Of a stretch of DNA of 64,000 bases, positions 8,576 through 18,593 are shown piece by piece (position 1 is the stretch's first letter; every line of letters starts with the position of its first letter). The notes below the pieces were generated by a model, which worked only from the letters and a program-made list of their open reading frames with translations, made no database searches and was not told where the DNA came from. The stretch is from the NCBI GenBank assembly GCA_963707635.1, contig OY970173.1:3040001-3104000 (forward strand), written 5' to 3'. The position numbers and the translations under genes were made by a program. This DNA comes from Candidatus Latescibacterota bacterium (GTDB lineage Bacteria; Krumholzibacteriota; Krumholzibacteriia; WVZY01; JAKEHA01).

Positions 8576-10373
8576 ATGAACCCGCCATTTCACGACACCA
8601 TTCCCCGCCAGTTCCTGGCCTGCGTCCAGGGCTTCAACAAGCCGGACGCGTTCCGCCTCAAGCGGGACGGGCGCTACGTCGACGTGGCGCACGCGTGGAT
8701 GCTGGAACAGGTGCACGCCGTCGCGTGCGCGATCGGCGCGCTCGGCCTCGCCCGCGGGGACCGGGTCGCACTCCTGTCCGAGAATCGCATCGAGTGGGCG
8801 GTGGCCGACCTCGCCCTGCTCTCGGCGGGCTTCGTCAATGTTCCGGTCTACGCGACGCTCCCGCCGTCGCAGGTCGAGTACATCCTTCGGGATTCCGGCG
8901 CGCGAGCGCTCTTCGTGTCCTCGCGCGCCCAGCTCGCCAAGATCGGCGAGATCCGCGCGCGACTCCCCCGCCTGGAGCACGTGGTCGCATTCGACGCCGA
9001 CGCCGCCGGCGACGGCGTGATCGCGTTCGGCACCATGGTCGAAAGCGGGCGCGGGCTGGCAGCGCAATCCGACTACGCAGCCATGGTGGGAGAGATCCGC
9101 GCCGGCGACTGGGCGAGCGTCATCTACACCTCGGGCACCACCGGCGAGCCCAAGGGCGCGATTCTGACCCACGCCAACTTCATGGCCAACGTTCGGCAGT
9201 GCCTGGAGGTGTTCGAAATCGGCACGGCCGACACGTGCCTTTCGTTCCTGCCGTTGAGCCACGTCTTCGAGCGCACGGCGGGCTTCTACGTGATGATGAC
9301 CGCCGGCGTGACCATCGCGTATGCAGAGTCGATCGAGGCGGTGCCGCAAAACCTCGCCGAGGTGCGTCCCACGGTCGTGTGCTCGGTGCCGCGGGTCTAT
9401 GAAAAAATGTACGCGCGCATTCTCGACACGGTGGAACGCGGGCCGGCTCTCAAGAAGCGGTTGTTCCACTGGGCCGTGCACGCGGGACGGCAGTGGGTGG
9501 GCGAACACCTGCGCGGCCGCGTCGGCCCGGTCACCGCGGCACGCCGGCGCGTCGCCAACGCGCTGGTGCTCAAGAAGCTGCAGGCACGCGTCGGCGGCCG
9601 CCTGCGCTTCTTTGTCTCCGGGAGCGCCCCGCTCGCGCGCGACATCATCGAGTTCTTCTATGCGGCCGGCATCCCCATTCTCGAGGGCTACGGCCTCACC
9701 GAAACCTCGCCCGTGCTGACCGTGAATCACTTCGGCGCGTTCAAGTTCGGGACGGTGGGCCGGCCGCTCCCCGACGTGGAGATCCGGATCGCCCCCGACG
9801 GCGAGATCCTCGCCCGCGGCCCCAACGTCATGCAGGGATATCTCAACAAGCCCGAGCAGACGGCGGAAGCAATCGTCGACGGATGGTTTCACACCGGCGA
9901 CATCGGACACCTAGACGCCGACGGTTTCCTGGTCATCACGGACCGCAAGAAGGACCTGATCGCCACCGCGGGCGGCAAGAAGGTGGCGCCCGCAGCCGAT
10001 CGAAGGGAAGCTCAAGTCCAATCCATTGGTGACGGAAGCGATCCTGGTCGGCAATCGGCGGCCGTTTATCGCGCTGCTCCTGATCCCGAACTTCGACCGC
10101 CTCGACGCGTGGGCGCAGGCCGCGGGACTGGCAACCAGCGACCGCCCCGCGCTCCTGACCGCCCCCGCCGTGCGCGACCTCTACCAGCGCGTGGTCGACG
10201 GCGTGAATCAGGAGCTGGCGCAGTTCGAGCGCATCAAGTCGTTCGCGCTGCTCGGAAACGAGCTCTCCATCCACGACGGCGACCTCACGCCGACGCTAAA
10301 AGTGAGAAGGAAGATCGTGGAGGAGAAGTTCAAGGACGCGATCGACGCGATGTATCGCGCCCCCGCGCCGTAG
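8576..10373 (+). CDS. fadD: Long-chain fatty-acid--CoA ligase (AMP-binding), interrupted by a +1 frameshift near 9990
   Basis: YTSGTTGEPKG, EGYGLTE and FHTGD motifs; removing one C at 9989-9991 restores KKVAPQPIEGKL and joins the 10026-10373 frame. Confidence 0.88.
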
Positions 10374-10386
10374 CACCGGCGCGCCG

Positions 10387-12007
10387 CTAGAAGCGCCAGC
10401 TGAGGCTGGTGTAGACCTGGTCGTAGCCCTCGTTGCGCTCCCCGGAAATATTCCCGTACATTCCCTGCCCGAGGTCGACGTCCACGTCGGCCCCGAACCA
10501 GGACGTGCGGCTTGTCCGACGCCGCCGACAGCTTCGACTCCTCGTGTCGCGTCCCGCCGAACAGGTCGAACATCCAGCGCGCCCCGAGCGCGAATCCGCC
10601 CGAAACCGAATGCATCCAGCCCAGCGTGCTCTGGTTGTCGTAGCGAGTCGACCGGGCCCGCAGCTGCACATGCGCCGGGGTCAAATGGATCGCCGAGGCC
10701 GTCAGGGTGTAGGAGGTGGCGTCGCCGGCGGAGCCGCCGCTGCTCGATCGCGCCGTCGCTCCCAGCCGATAGCGCTGCGCGAAGCCCACTCCGACGCCTC
10801 CCCAGACCCCCTGCCGGTAGGAATCGTCGAACTCGGTCTCCGGGCTCACGTAGTCACGATACAGGCGCGCGTCGCGGCGGTGGTCGTAGCCACCGTCGAG
10901 GTCGACGCCGTGCGCCAGCCGATAGCGCGCCGAGAGAAACGCGTTGGTCAGCGACGCGGCGGACTCGCCTTCGTTTCGCTTCCACCCGCGGTTGATGTCG
11001 ACTTCCTGCTGGAACATCACCGAGAGCCGGGGTGTTGCCACCCGGCTCAAGAACGCCACGTACTCGCGGTTGATCTTGCCCTGTTCGTACGAGCCGATCG
11101 CGGCCGTCACCAACTCCCAGCGGGTGTGTGCCTGGGGCGCCGACCACCACCTCACGAACGCGCCGTACTCGGTGATGTCGGTCGAGAAACTGTAGTCGAG
11201 TGGTGCGGGCTGCGTGCCGCCGAAGACCCCGACGCCGAAACGACGCGCGGTTGCTTCGAACTGGCCGCCGTCGAAGGTGCTGATGCTCGCGAGCGCGGAC
11301 GAGAACTGTCGCCCGAGCGTCATGCGATAGCGGTCGCGCGGCGAGCGCGCGGTCGCATTCAGCCGATAGACGCGCGCCTCGCCGCTGTCGACCTCGCGCC
11401 CGTCGCTCACCGTCTGCAAAGTCCGGCGCGCGCGCACGTCGACCTGGAGGTCGAGCGCAGACCCTCCGACCCGCGTGCCGTCGAGGCGCACGTCGAGCGA
11501 CGGCTGCGTGACGTCGCCGCCGAAGCCGCTGCGGTCCATGACCCCGAGGTAGCGCACCCCGATTCGCCCCCGCAACCCCATGCGCCGCGGCCACGACTCC
11601 GTCGCCTCGGGCGGGGGCGCTTCGGCGGGCATCGTGGACATCACCGCCGCGCGAGCGGTGTCCGCGGCCGCCGCGGAGCGTGGCGCCGCGGTGAATCGAA
11701 CCGTGTCTCCCACCACGCACGCCGCGGTCGAGGTTTCGATCGCGCACGCCGCCCGCCGCGTGGAGACGTCCGACACGCGCAGCGTCGCGATGACCTGACC
11801 CCCGCGCACCACCTCGATGAGCGCTCCCACGTCGAGGCCGTCCTCGCGGCCGGCGTCGATGTAGATGGTCGAACTGGTGAGATAGGTGACGCGGTAGGCG
11901 CGCGCGGCGGGCGGCGCGGCGGACGCCGGGGCAGCGATCATCGCCGCCACGATCCCGGCCCACGCCAGGGCCGTAAGCATCTTCATGTGCCGGCGCGCCA
12001 TTGTCAT
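10387..12007 (-). CDS. Outer-membrane beta-barrel protein of multiheme operon, +1 frameshift near 10512
   Basis: Signal peptide, small N-terminal beta domain, alternating beta-strand pattern; removing one base restores the C-terminal SLSWRF beta-signal. Confidence 0.78.
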
Positions 12008-12009
12008 CG

Positions 12010-13311
12010 TCAATTGCCCCGGGGATGACAGTTGTAACAAGCCGACGACAGGTACGCGTAGCCGTTTTCGTTCCGATGGTGGCCGTCGGTCTCGGCCTGG
12101 TCGTCGTGCGGGTGGCACCCGAAGCACGAGAAGTCGGCGTAGCTCGCCGCGTTGGTGTGACAGGTGCTGCACGCGTTCCAGTTGCTGTGCCTCCCGCTCG
12201 CGATCGGGAAGAACGTCGAGTGGTCGAAGGTGGCGCCGCTCCACCGGGTCGTGTTGTGACACGCAAGGCAATCGGTGGTGAAGTTCGCCGCCGCGTGGTT
12301 CGGGTCGCTCGTCCCGTCGTAGTCGTTCTGGTGGCACGACACACACGCCCCCGAGAGTCCGGTGTAGGTGCCGCCGACGTGGCAGTCGGCGCACGGGAGC
12401 GGGACGTGGGCGCCGGTGAGGGCGAACCCCGTCGTCGCGTGATCGAAATGCGCGTCTCCCCACCGCGAGGTGTTGTGACACTGCTCACAGGTCGTCGGGA
12501 AGCCGGAGGCCGCATGGGTCGGGTCGCTAGTCCCGTCGTAGTCGCTCTGGTGGCACGACACGCACGCGCTCGAGAGCCCGGTGTAGGTGCCGCCGACGTG
12601 GCAGTCGGCGCACGGCAGCGTCGCGTGCGCTCCCGTCAGCGGGAACGCGGTGAGCGCGTGGTCGAAATGGGCGTGCGACCACGCCAGCTGGTCGTGGCAC
12701 AGCTGGCAGTCCTGGCTGAATCCGCCCGCCTCGTGGTCGGGCTGGACCGTCGCCTGGTAGTCGTCCATGTGGCACGACACGCACTCGGACGCCGTGTTGA
12801 CGTAGCTCAAGTCGCCCGGCGACGTGAGCCGGTGGCACATTTCGCAGTCCAGCGTCGTGTGCGCGCCCGCCAGTGGGAATCGGGTCAGGCGATGCAGCCG
12901 GATCTGATCGTTCCGGTCGACGAAACTGCGCGTGCCGTGGCAGCGCGAACAATCCGTGCCCAGCTCGCCGTTGTGAACGTCGGCGTGGCAGTCCACGCAC
13001 GCCGTCGAGACCCCGCCGAAGTCGAGACTCTTGTGACACTGCATGCAATCCACCGACGCGTGCGCCCCACCCAGCGGGAGGAACTTGTCGTGGTCGAACT
13101 TCTTGCTGATCCGGGCCGGCTTCCAGCCCGACGCCCGGTGGCAGAGCGAGCAATCCTCGCGGTAGTCGCCGTGGGGGTTGGCCACCTTCGGCGCCTGGTC
13201 GGCCGCGCGCGCCGCCGCCGGCCCCATCACCACCTGCCCGAGCAGGCTGGGCAGCAGCGCCGCCACGGTCATCGCGATACCGAGGGATATCAGGTCTCTT
13301 CGAGGTTGCAT
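12010..13311 (-). CDS. Exported multiheme cytochrome c, 16 CxxCH
   Basis: 16 CxxCH motifs counted; signal peptide; FDH..FPL.GAH repeats. Confidence 0.93.
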   Translation of the reverse strand: MQPRRDLISLGIAMTVAALLPSLLGQVVMGPAAARAADQAPKVANPHGDYREDCSLCHRASGWKPARISKKFDHDKFLPLGGAHASVDCMQCHKSLDFGGVSTACVDCHADVHNGELGTDCSRCHGTRSFVDRNDQIRLHRLTRFPLAGAHTTLDCEMCHRLTSPGDLSYVNTASECVSCHMDDYQATVQPDHEAGGFSQDCQLCHDQLAWSHAHFDHALTAFPLTGAHATLPCADCHVGGTYTGLSSACVSCHQSDYDGTSDPTHAASGFPTTCEQCHNTSRWGDAHFDHATTGFALTGAHVPLPCADCHVGGTYTGLSGACVSCHQNDYDGTSDPNHAAANFTTDCLACHNTTRWSGATFDHSTFFPIASGRHSNWNACSTCHTNAASYADFSCFGCHPHDDQAETDGHHRNENGYAYLSSACYNCHPRGN

Positions 13312-13357
13312 GGTCGGTCACCTCTCCGGCGCGACGGACTTCCGCCCGTCGCGTCCA

Positions 13358-15133
13358 CTAATTCCTATTCTCCAGCATGCTTCCGTCCGCGTGGCAGCTC
13401 TCGCAGCGCGCCGAGATCGGCCGGTAGAGCGCCATGCGCTTCCCGCCTGCCGCCGTCACGATCGGATGACACTTCACGCACGGAACTCGAACGTGCTTGC
13501 CGTCCAGCTGGAAGCTCTTCACGCGCGCGTGATCGAAACGGCTCGCGGGAACGAACGCATCCATCCCGTGGCAGCTCTCGCACGCACCCTTGTCCTTGCG
13601 CCCGTCGAACTGGATTCCGTGCGGGCTCTCGTGGCAGCCCCGGCACGACCGGTCGTCGATGCGCATGAGCAACTTCACCGACGCCGCGCCTTTCGACGCG
13701 GACGCGCGCGCCGGTTCCGCCATGTCCGGGTGGCACGCGAAGCACGGCACCGCGCGGTGCGCCCCCTCCAGCGGGAAGCGGGTCCCGGCGTGCATGGCCG
13801 CGTCCACGAGCGACGGCCGGAACGCGTCCATCGAGTGACAGGCGCGGCAGTCGTCCTTGCGCGCCCGCTCCCCACCGGGCGCGAAGCGCCCCTCGTGCGG
13901 GTCGCGGTGGCACTCGACGCAGCGCCCGCTCGTGGGGTGCAGCCAGACCCCAGCGGTGCCAAGCGCCGCCGCGACCTGCGCCGGTGTCCCCGCGGGCTTG
14001 CGCCCGTGACAGTCCCGGCACGCGACCCGGGCGTGCGCTCCGTCCAGCGGGTATTTCGTCGCCGCGTGTTGCGCGACCGTGAACGTGGCGGGCTTGAACG
14101 CGTCCACGCGGTGACACGCGGCGCAGTCAGGCGCCTTGCCGGCGACCACCGTCTGCCCGGCGTGCGCGTCCTGGTGGCATCCCGCGCACGTGGTAAACGG
14201 CGGTTTCTTGCCCCATGCGGTCTTCTCGTCGTGGCAGGCCGCGCACTTCACCGTCGCGTGCGCCCCGCGCAGCGGATAGCGCGTGCGGTCGTGGTCGAAG
14301 CGTTCGCCCGCGATCAGCTTGAACCCTCCGGTGACGTGACAGCTGCTGCACGTGACGCCGAACGAGCCCCGGTGGGGATCCGCATGACAGACTCCGCACT
14401 CGTCGTGCGGCAGCGGCTTGTAGAGCGGGATCACGCGTCCCTTCTCGTCCCTGGCGAGCTGGAGGCGCGCCGCCTCGTGGCAGGCCGCGCACGCCACCGT
14501 CGCGTGCTTTCCGGTCAGCGCGAACGCCGTCCTGGCATGGTCGAACCCGCGCGCGGGTTTCCACCCCTGCTCGTCGTGGCAGCGGGTGCAATCGCTTCCC
14601 AGCGAACCGCGGTGGACGTCCTCGTGACACCCGCGGCAGTCCGTGCCCAGGCCCACCCAGGGGATTTCCCGATTCTTATTCTTGACCAGTGACTGCATCT
14701 CTTTGCTCACATGCACCGACGCATGACATTTCCGGCATTCGATGGCGGCGTGTTTGCCGGCAAGCGGCCAGCCCGCGCGCGCGTGATCGAATTTCTCGGG
14801 CGACTTGTCCGGCCAGGCCACCATCGCGAAATCCCGGCCCCCGTGGTCGGGATGGCAGCGCGCGCAATCCTTTCTTCCCTCGCGCCCGTGAAAACCCTTC
14901 TGCTTCGACACCAGCGAGGCGATCTCCTCATGGCACGCCAGGCATTTCCGGTCCATCTCGCCCGCGCCCTTGCCGTGGCACTTGACGCACCCTAGATTTC
15001 CGTCGAGCGCGGCGTGCGCCTTCGCCAGCGGACCCGGCGACACCTGCGCGCGCGCGTTCGTCATGCCGCCGGCCGCTAGCGCGATCGTGATCGTCACCGC
15101 GATCGCCCGCACGCGCGCCGGCGCGCTAGCCAA
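13358..15133 (-). CDS. Exported multiheme cytochrome c, 20 CxxCH
   Basis: 20 CxxCH motifs counted; signal peptide ending ARA-Q; SPGPLAKAH N-terminus; FDH..PL.G.H repeats. Confidence 0.93.
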   Translation of the reverse strand: MASAPARVRAIAVTITIALAAGGMTNARAQVSPGPLAKAHAALDGNLGCVKCHGKGAGEMDRKCLACHEEIASLVSKQKGFHGREGRKDCARCHPDHGGRDFAMVAWPDKSPEKFDHARAGWPLAGKHAAIECRKCHASVHVSKEMQSLVKNKNREIPWVGLGTDCRGCHEDVHRGSLGSDCTRCHDEQGWKPARGFDHARTAFALTGKHATVACAACHEAARLQLARDEKGRVIPLYKPLPHDECGVCHADPHRGSFGVTCSSCHVTGGFKLIAGERFDHDRTRYPLRGAHATVKCAACHDEKTAWGKKPPFTTCAGCHQDAHAGQTVVAGKAPDCAACHRVDAFKPATFTVAQHAATKYPLDGAHARVACRDCHGRKPAGTPAQVAAALGTAGVWLHPTSGRCVECHRDPHEGRFAPGGERARKDDCRACHSMDAFRPSLVDAAMHAGTRFPLEGAHRAVPCFACHPDMAEPARASASKGAASVKLLMRIDDRSCRGCHESPHGIQFDGRKDKGACESCHGMDAFVPASRFDHARVKSFQLDGKHVRVPCVKCHPIVTAAGGKRMALYRPISARCESCHADGSMLENRN

Positions 15134-16553
15134 CGGCCGATGCCTCCTGCGGGAGCGGCACGTCCTTCTTCACAATCCGGATGCCGATTCCCTCCAGGAA
15201 CTTGAACGGCGGATCGCCGCCGATGCGCACCACCACCACGTCGTTGGGGAGCACCTCCTCCCGCCCCTCCACGTCCAGCACGACGCTCCCCTCTCGAATC
15301 GACCGCACCTGGCTGTTCAGCGCCACGCGCAGCGTCCCGCACCTAACCGCCTCGTTGAGATTCGTGCGGTTGCGGTCTTTCACGCGCCCGAACTCCGCGC
15401 CCCGATAGCTCAGCGTGACCGTGGTCCCACGCTGCCGCGCGAGGCCGACGGCCGATTCCACCGCGCTGTCACCGCCCCCCACCACCAAGAGACGCATGCC
15501 GGCGAACGATTCCATGTCCGCAACGTCGTAGATCACCTTGCCCAGCTCCTCGCCCTCCACGCCCAGGCGGCGCGGGCTTCCGCGCCGGCCCATGGCCAGC
15601 ACGACGCGCCGGCCGCGGAAGACGCCCTCCGAGGTCTCGACCAGCAGCAGCTGGCCGCGACGTTCGATGTTGGACACGCGGTGCTGGGTCTTCACCTCGA
15701 GCCCGGTCTTCGCGATGATTCGCTCCCACGCCTGCAGGAGATGTTCCTTCGACGAGTCCGACACCCAGAGGTTGCCGTACAGCGGAACCCGCACCGGTTC
15801 CGCGAGCAGGAACTTCGCGCGCGGGTACTTGCGGATGGTGTCTGCGAGAGAGCCCTGCTCGAGCACGAGATAGCGCAGCCCGCAGCGCAACGCCTCGAGG
15901 CCCGCGCTCAACCCGGCCGGGCCGCTGCCCACGATGATCACGTCGTACGCGTCCCGGTCGCCGTCGCCCCGCGGCTCGCCGGGGGGCAGGTCGTGCGCCA
16001 CGTGCTCGATCGCCACCTTGGCCTCGTTGATCGCGTTCTTGATGAGACCGCGTCCGCCGAGCTCGCCGACGATGTACACACCGCGCAGATTGCTCTCGAA
16101 GTCCGAGTCGAGGTCCGGCACTTCGACCCGGTGTACGGCGGAGCCGGTCGCGAGGACGATCCCGCCGACCGGGCACGCTTCGACGCACTTGCCGTGTCCG
16201 GTGCAGAGCGCCGTGTTGACGGTCGCGAGTTTTCCGACCATCTGGATGGCCCCGGTTTCGGGGCAGACTGGAACGCACGCTCCGCACCCGACGCACTGAT
16301 CCGCGCGCACCACCGCGTGCGGCTTGCCGCCGGCGCTGCCGCTGTCCGCGCCCTCGACCACGGTCGGGGCGCTCACGACTTCGTAGAGCTGCATCGGCAC
16401 GTCGCAGCGCGGGCAACGCGCCGCTCCCGGCGGCACGGCCGCATGGCAGCGCGGACAGGCAGTCGCCTTTTCGGTGGTGGTCTGGCTCATGTGACGATAG
16501 ACGAAATAGCCCGTCAGCACGATCAATCCAAGCGTGGTGAGCAGCATCGTCAT
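15126..16553 (-). CDS. Membrane-anchored ferredoxin-domain FAD/NAD(P)H oxidoreductase (TrxR/YpdA-like)
   Basis: N-terminal TM helix, CPRC x2 ribbon, CVGCGACVPVCP and CTGHGKCVEACP, IVGSGPAG (FAD), VVGGGDSA...SYR (NADPH-type). Confidence 0.88.
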   Translation of the reverse strand: MTMLLTTLGLIVLTGYFVYRHMSQTTTEKATACPRCHAAVPPGAARCPRCDVPMQLYEVVSAPTVVEGADSGSAGGKPHAVVRADQCVGCGACVPVCPETGAIQMVGKLATVNTALCTGHGKCVEACPVGGIVLATGSAVHRVEVPDLDSDFESNLRGVYIVGELGGRGLIKNAINEAKVAIEHVAHDLPPGEPRGDGDRDAYDVIIVGSGPAGLSAGLEALRCGLRYLVLEQGSLADTIRKYPRAKFLLAEPVRVPLYGNLWVSDSSKEHLLQAWERIIAKTGLEVKTQHRVSNIERRGQLLLVETSEGVFRGRRVVLAMGRRGSPRRLGVEGEELGKVIYDVADMESFAGMRLLVVGGGDSAVESAVGLARQRGTTVTLSYRGAEFGRVKDRNRTNLNEAVRCGTLRVALNSQVRSIREGSVVLDVEGREEVLPNDVVVVRIGGDPPFKFLEGIGIRIVKKDVPLPQEASAVG

Positions 16554-16563
16554 GACAGCTCCA

Positions 16564-17475
16564 CTAGAACCACGTCGCGCCGACGGTGACGACGACCACG
16601 ACGTGGATCGTGACCGCGATGAAGGCGGTGATCGCCACCGGCCGGTGGGCAGCGTGCCAGTGACGGAAGATCGAGTGGGTGGCGTTCAGGAGGCGCGTCT
16701 GCTGGTTCAGCGCCATTTCCCGGCGCGCGAGCGCCATGATCGCCCGCACGTGCTTTGCGTCGACGGTCCGCCCCGCGGCGAGCCGCGCGCGCAGCCGGCG
16801 TGCCGCCCGCGCACGCGCGATGTCGTCGCGAACCATCAACACGAACGCGCGCCCGATTCCCACGTTCGGAGGAACGGATTCCACGTTGAGAATCTCCTGC
16901 ACGTCGAGAACCGACAACCCGGACGCGTCCGCGATCTCGCCCAGCAGCGCGCGCTGGTGCGCGGCCACTTCGCCCAGCCCGAGCTCGACGCCGCCGCGGC
17001 TGCGCGGAATACGCACGTAGAGGTATCGTCCGACCACGCCGCTCGCGCACACGATGAGCATCGCGAAGTAGCCGAGACCGATCACGCCGCCGAAACGGAA
17101 GCTCGCGTGGATGGCGCCGACGAGTGGAAGCACCAGCCCCACACCGATGTGCACGTTGAGCCACCGCGGCACCGGGCCGACCCACTCGGGGGCGCGCCGG
17201 AGCTTCTTGCGCAGCGGAAAGAGCCACATGAAGAGAAACCCGAGAAACGTTACGACCCCGGCGGCCTGGCCGATGTATCCGGAGGGCCTAAACCAGGGAT
17301 GCAGGGCGTGGCGAAGCTGCTCCCCGCGCGGGAGGACATAGTAGGGTGCTCCGATGGCGGCAACGATCAGCAGGAGGACAACGGGAACAAGCACCATCCG
17401 GCCCGGGCTCGCGGTGCGCGAACTCGCAGCGGGTTTGGCGGTTACGGGCTTGGGCTTGGTCGCTGTCTGGGGCAC
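16564..17475 (-). CDS. Inner-membrane protein with four candidate heme-b histidines (ferric-reductase-like TM)
   Basis: About 6 hydrophobic segments; WLNVH, IHASF, WHAAH and IHVV. Confidence 0.72.
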   Translation of the reverse strand: MPQTATKPKPVTAKPAASSRTASPGRMVLVPVVLLLIVAAIGAPYYVLPRGEQLRHALHPWFRPSGYIGQAAGVVTFLGFLFMWLFPLRKKLRRAPEWVGPVPRWLNVHIGVGLVLPLVGAIHASFRFGGVIGLGYFAMLIVCASGVVGRYLYVRIPRSRGGVELGLGEVAAHQRALLGEIADASGLSVLDVQEILNVESVPPNVGIGRAFVLMVRDDIARARAARRLRARLAAGRTVDAKHVRAIMALARREMALNQQTRLLNATHSIFRHWHAAHRPVAITAFIAVTIHVVVVVTVGATWF

Positions 17476-17549
17476 GCTCGAACCAACCTGGGTGCGGCCG
17501 GGTTAGAAGAATCCCCAGCAACTACTGGGACAAACCACACCAGGGGAAG

Positions 17550-17564
17550 GCAACGCAAGTGCCA
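17550..17564 (-). promoter_or_regulatory. sigma54 (-24/-12) promoter of multiheme operon
   Basis: TGGCAC-TTGCG-TTGC on minus strand, exact consensus spacing, 75 bp upstream of the first gene. Confidence 0.78.
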
Positions 17565-17706
17565 TGCCGCTAGCGGGTTAGACGCGGCACGCCTCAATAT
17601 TCCACAGCTGGCCTTCGAGCGCAACAAGAGTCTATCCGCAGGTGCCGGCCGGATTGCGTTGTGCGGGCGAAAACTGTGGCAGAATGGCTCGGCTGAGCCC
17701 GCGCGC

Positions 17707-18240
17707 CTAGACGAGGTACTTTTCCCGAATCACGCCCACGTGGTGACGCTCGTGCCCCGCGATGATGTGCGGGATCGCGCGCACGGTGATGGCATGTCCG
17801 GACGCGACCCCGGTCCGGCCCCACGCCGCCTCGTCGAACGCCTCGAACATCAGCGCGTTCGCGTGGCGCAGGTGCCGGTACTGTTCCATCAACGCGGACC
17901 ACGATTGGGCCGCGAAGTTGCCGGCCGCGATGAAGTCGTCCTGCTCCACCCCCGGGAGCGGCTGACCGAGGGCGCGCGCGAAGTGGAGCGCGCGGGAGGT
18001 GAACACCCATTCCATATCGACCACGTGGCCGAGAACTTCCTTGAGTGTCCATTTTCCCGGGGCGTAACGGTACTCGATGCGGTCGTTGGGGATCAGCTGG
18101 AGAAACGCGCTCGTCGACACCAACTGATCGCGCAGGATCGCGACAATGTCACCGTCGGGGACGAGACTTACATAGCGGTCGTAGTATTCATAGTATTCGC
18201 TGCGGTCCGGGCGCCGTCGGGTCGTGGCTGGATGCGGCAT
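17707..18240 (-). CDS. DinB family protein
   Basis: YAPGKWTLKEVLGH and AGHERHH; AGGAGG RBS. Confidence 0.9.
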   Translation of the reverse strand: MPHPATTRRRPDRSEYYEYYDRYVSLVPDGDIVAILRDQLVSTSAFLQLIPNDRIEYRYAPGKWTLKEVLGHVVDMEWVFTSRALHFARALGQPLPGVEQDDFIAAGNFAAQSWSALMEQYRHLRHANALMFEAFDEAAWGRTGVASGHAITVRAIPHIIAGHERHHVGVIREKYLV

Positions 18241-18299
18241 GGGTCCTCCTTCACGTCGGGCCGGTGTTCACGTACGAGAAAATAGGGTAAAATACCGGC

Positions 18300-18584
18300 A
18301 TGTGCAGAAACATCCGTCCCCTTTTCAACTTCGAACCGCCCGCGACCGAAGACGAGATCCGCGCCGCGTCGCTCCAGTTCGTGCGCAAGATCAGCGGGTG
18401 TCACAAGCCCGCGCACGCCAACGAAGAGGCCTTCCACCGCGCGGTGGAAGACGTCGCCGCCGTCGCGCAGAAACTGATCGGATCGCTCGTGACGGTGGCG
18501 CCTCCGCGCAGCCGCGACGTGGAAGCGGCGAAGGCGCGGGCGCGCGCCGCGGAGCGCTTCGGAAGGAAACCGGGCGAGGCGTGA
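18300..18584 (+). CDS. DUF2277 family protein
   Basis: MCRNIRPLFNFEPPAT.DEIRAASLQFVRKISG signature. Confidence 0.9.
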   Translation: MCRNIRPLFNFEPPATEDEIRAASLQFVRKISGCHKPAHANEEAFHRAVEDVAAVAQKLIGSLVTVAPPRSRDVEAAKARARAAERFGRKPGEA

Positions 18585-18593
18585 CGCGTCGGC

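Noticed and set aside
9985..10515. Programmed ribosomal frameshifting
   Set aside because: No slippery heptamer or known shift site, and these families are not known to use it; sequencing error is more parsimonious.
16440..16465. CPRCH as a heme-c site in the oxidoreductase
   Set aside because: It pairs with a second CPRC as a zinc-ribbon-type motif on the presumed cytoplasmic side.
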